A stretch of 64,000 nucleotides of DNA from Anaeramoeba ignava BMAN. Taxonomy: Eukaryota > Protista > Anaeramoebae. A program made the position numbers and the translations under genes. Every line of letters starts with the position of its first letter. Positions within the stretch are counted from its first letter, which is position 1. The DNA is taken from the NCBI GenBank assembly GCA_028826165.1, contig JAPDFW010000070.1:1488001-1552000 (forward strand). The letters run 5' to 3'. The notes beneath the pieces were generated by a model. The model saw only the letters and a program-made list of their open reading frames with translations. It was not told the DNA's origin and made no database searches. Below, one piece after another: positions 61,189 to 64,000 of this stretch.

Positions 61189-64000
<2,812 letters not shown>

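Overview
AT-rich, intron-containing eukaryotic (protist) DNA using the standard code. CAAAAT/GAAAAT hexamer runs encode QN/EN tracts, and most long introns and intergenic regions are filled with microsatellites. The style suggests an amoeboid protist such as Anaeramoeba (inference only). Many homopolymer frameshifts look like long-read consensus errors. Genes in order: 5' end of a DENND6-like gene (-), a ~14.5 kb RNF213/mysterin-like AAA+ gene (+), F-box/LRR (-), TBC1D20-like RabGAP (+), FG-GAP/FN3 surface protein (-), BTB-armadillo gene copy A (+), FANCJ-like Fe-S helicase (+), BTB-armadillo gene copy B (+), a second FG-GAP protein (+), Sec61 alpha (+), a repetitive SP-rich protein (+), MED23-like (+), a kinase-only Vip1/PPIP5K (-), and the 5' part of a STE20 kinase (+). 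The standout, mostly invisible in the ORF track, is the pair of BTB/BACK-coiled coil-ARM genes. Each ARM repeat is its own symmetric phase-1 exon cassette in a tandem exon+intron array: 5 variable cassettes in copy A, about 10 in copy B. Framework codons and introns are near-identical, while the predicted helix-3 ligand-contact codons are hypervariable and mosaic. The constant N-terminal regions of the two copies are about 99% identical. This looks like a modular, rapidly diversifying receptor repertoire (candidate Cullin-3 substrate adaptors), lying near an RNF213-like gene, an F-box/LRR gene and two beta-propeller proteins.
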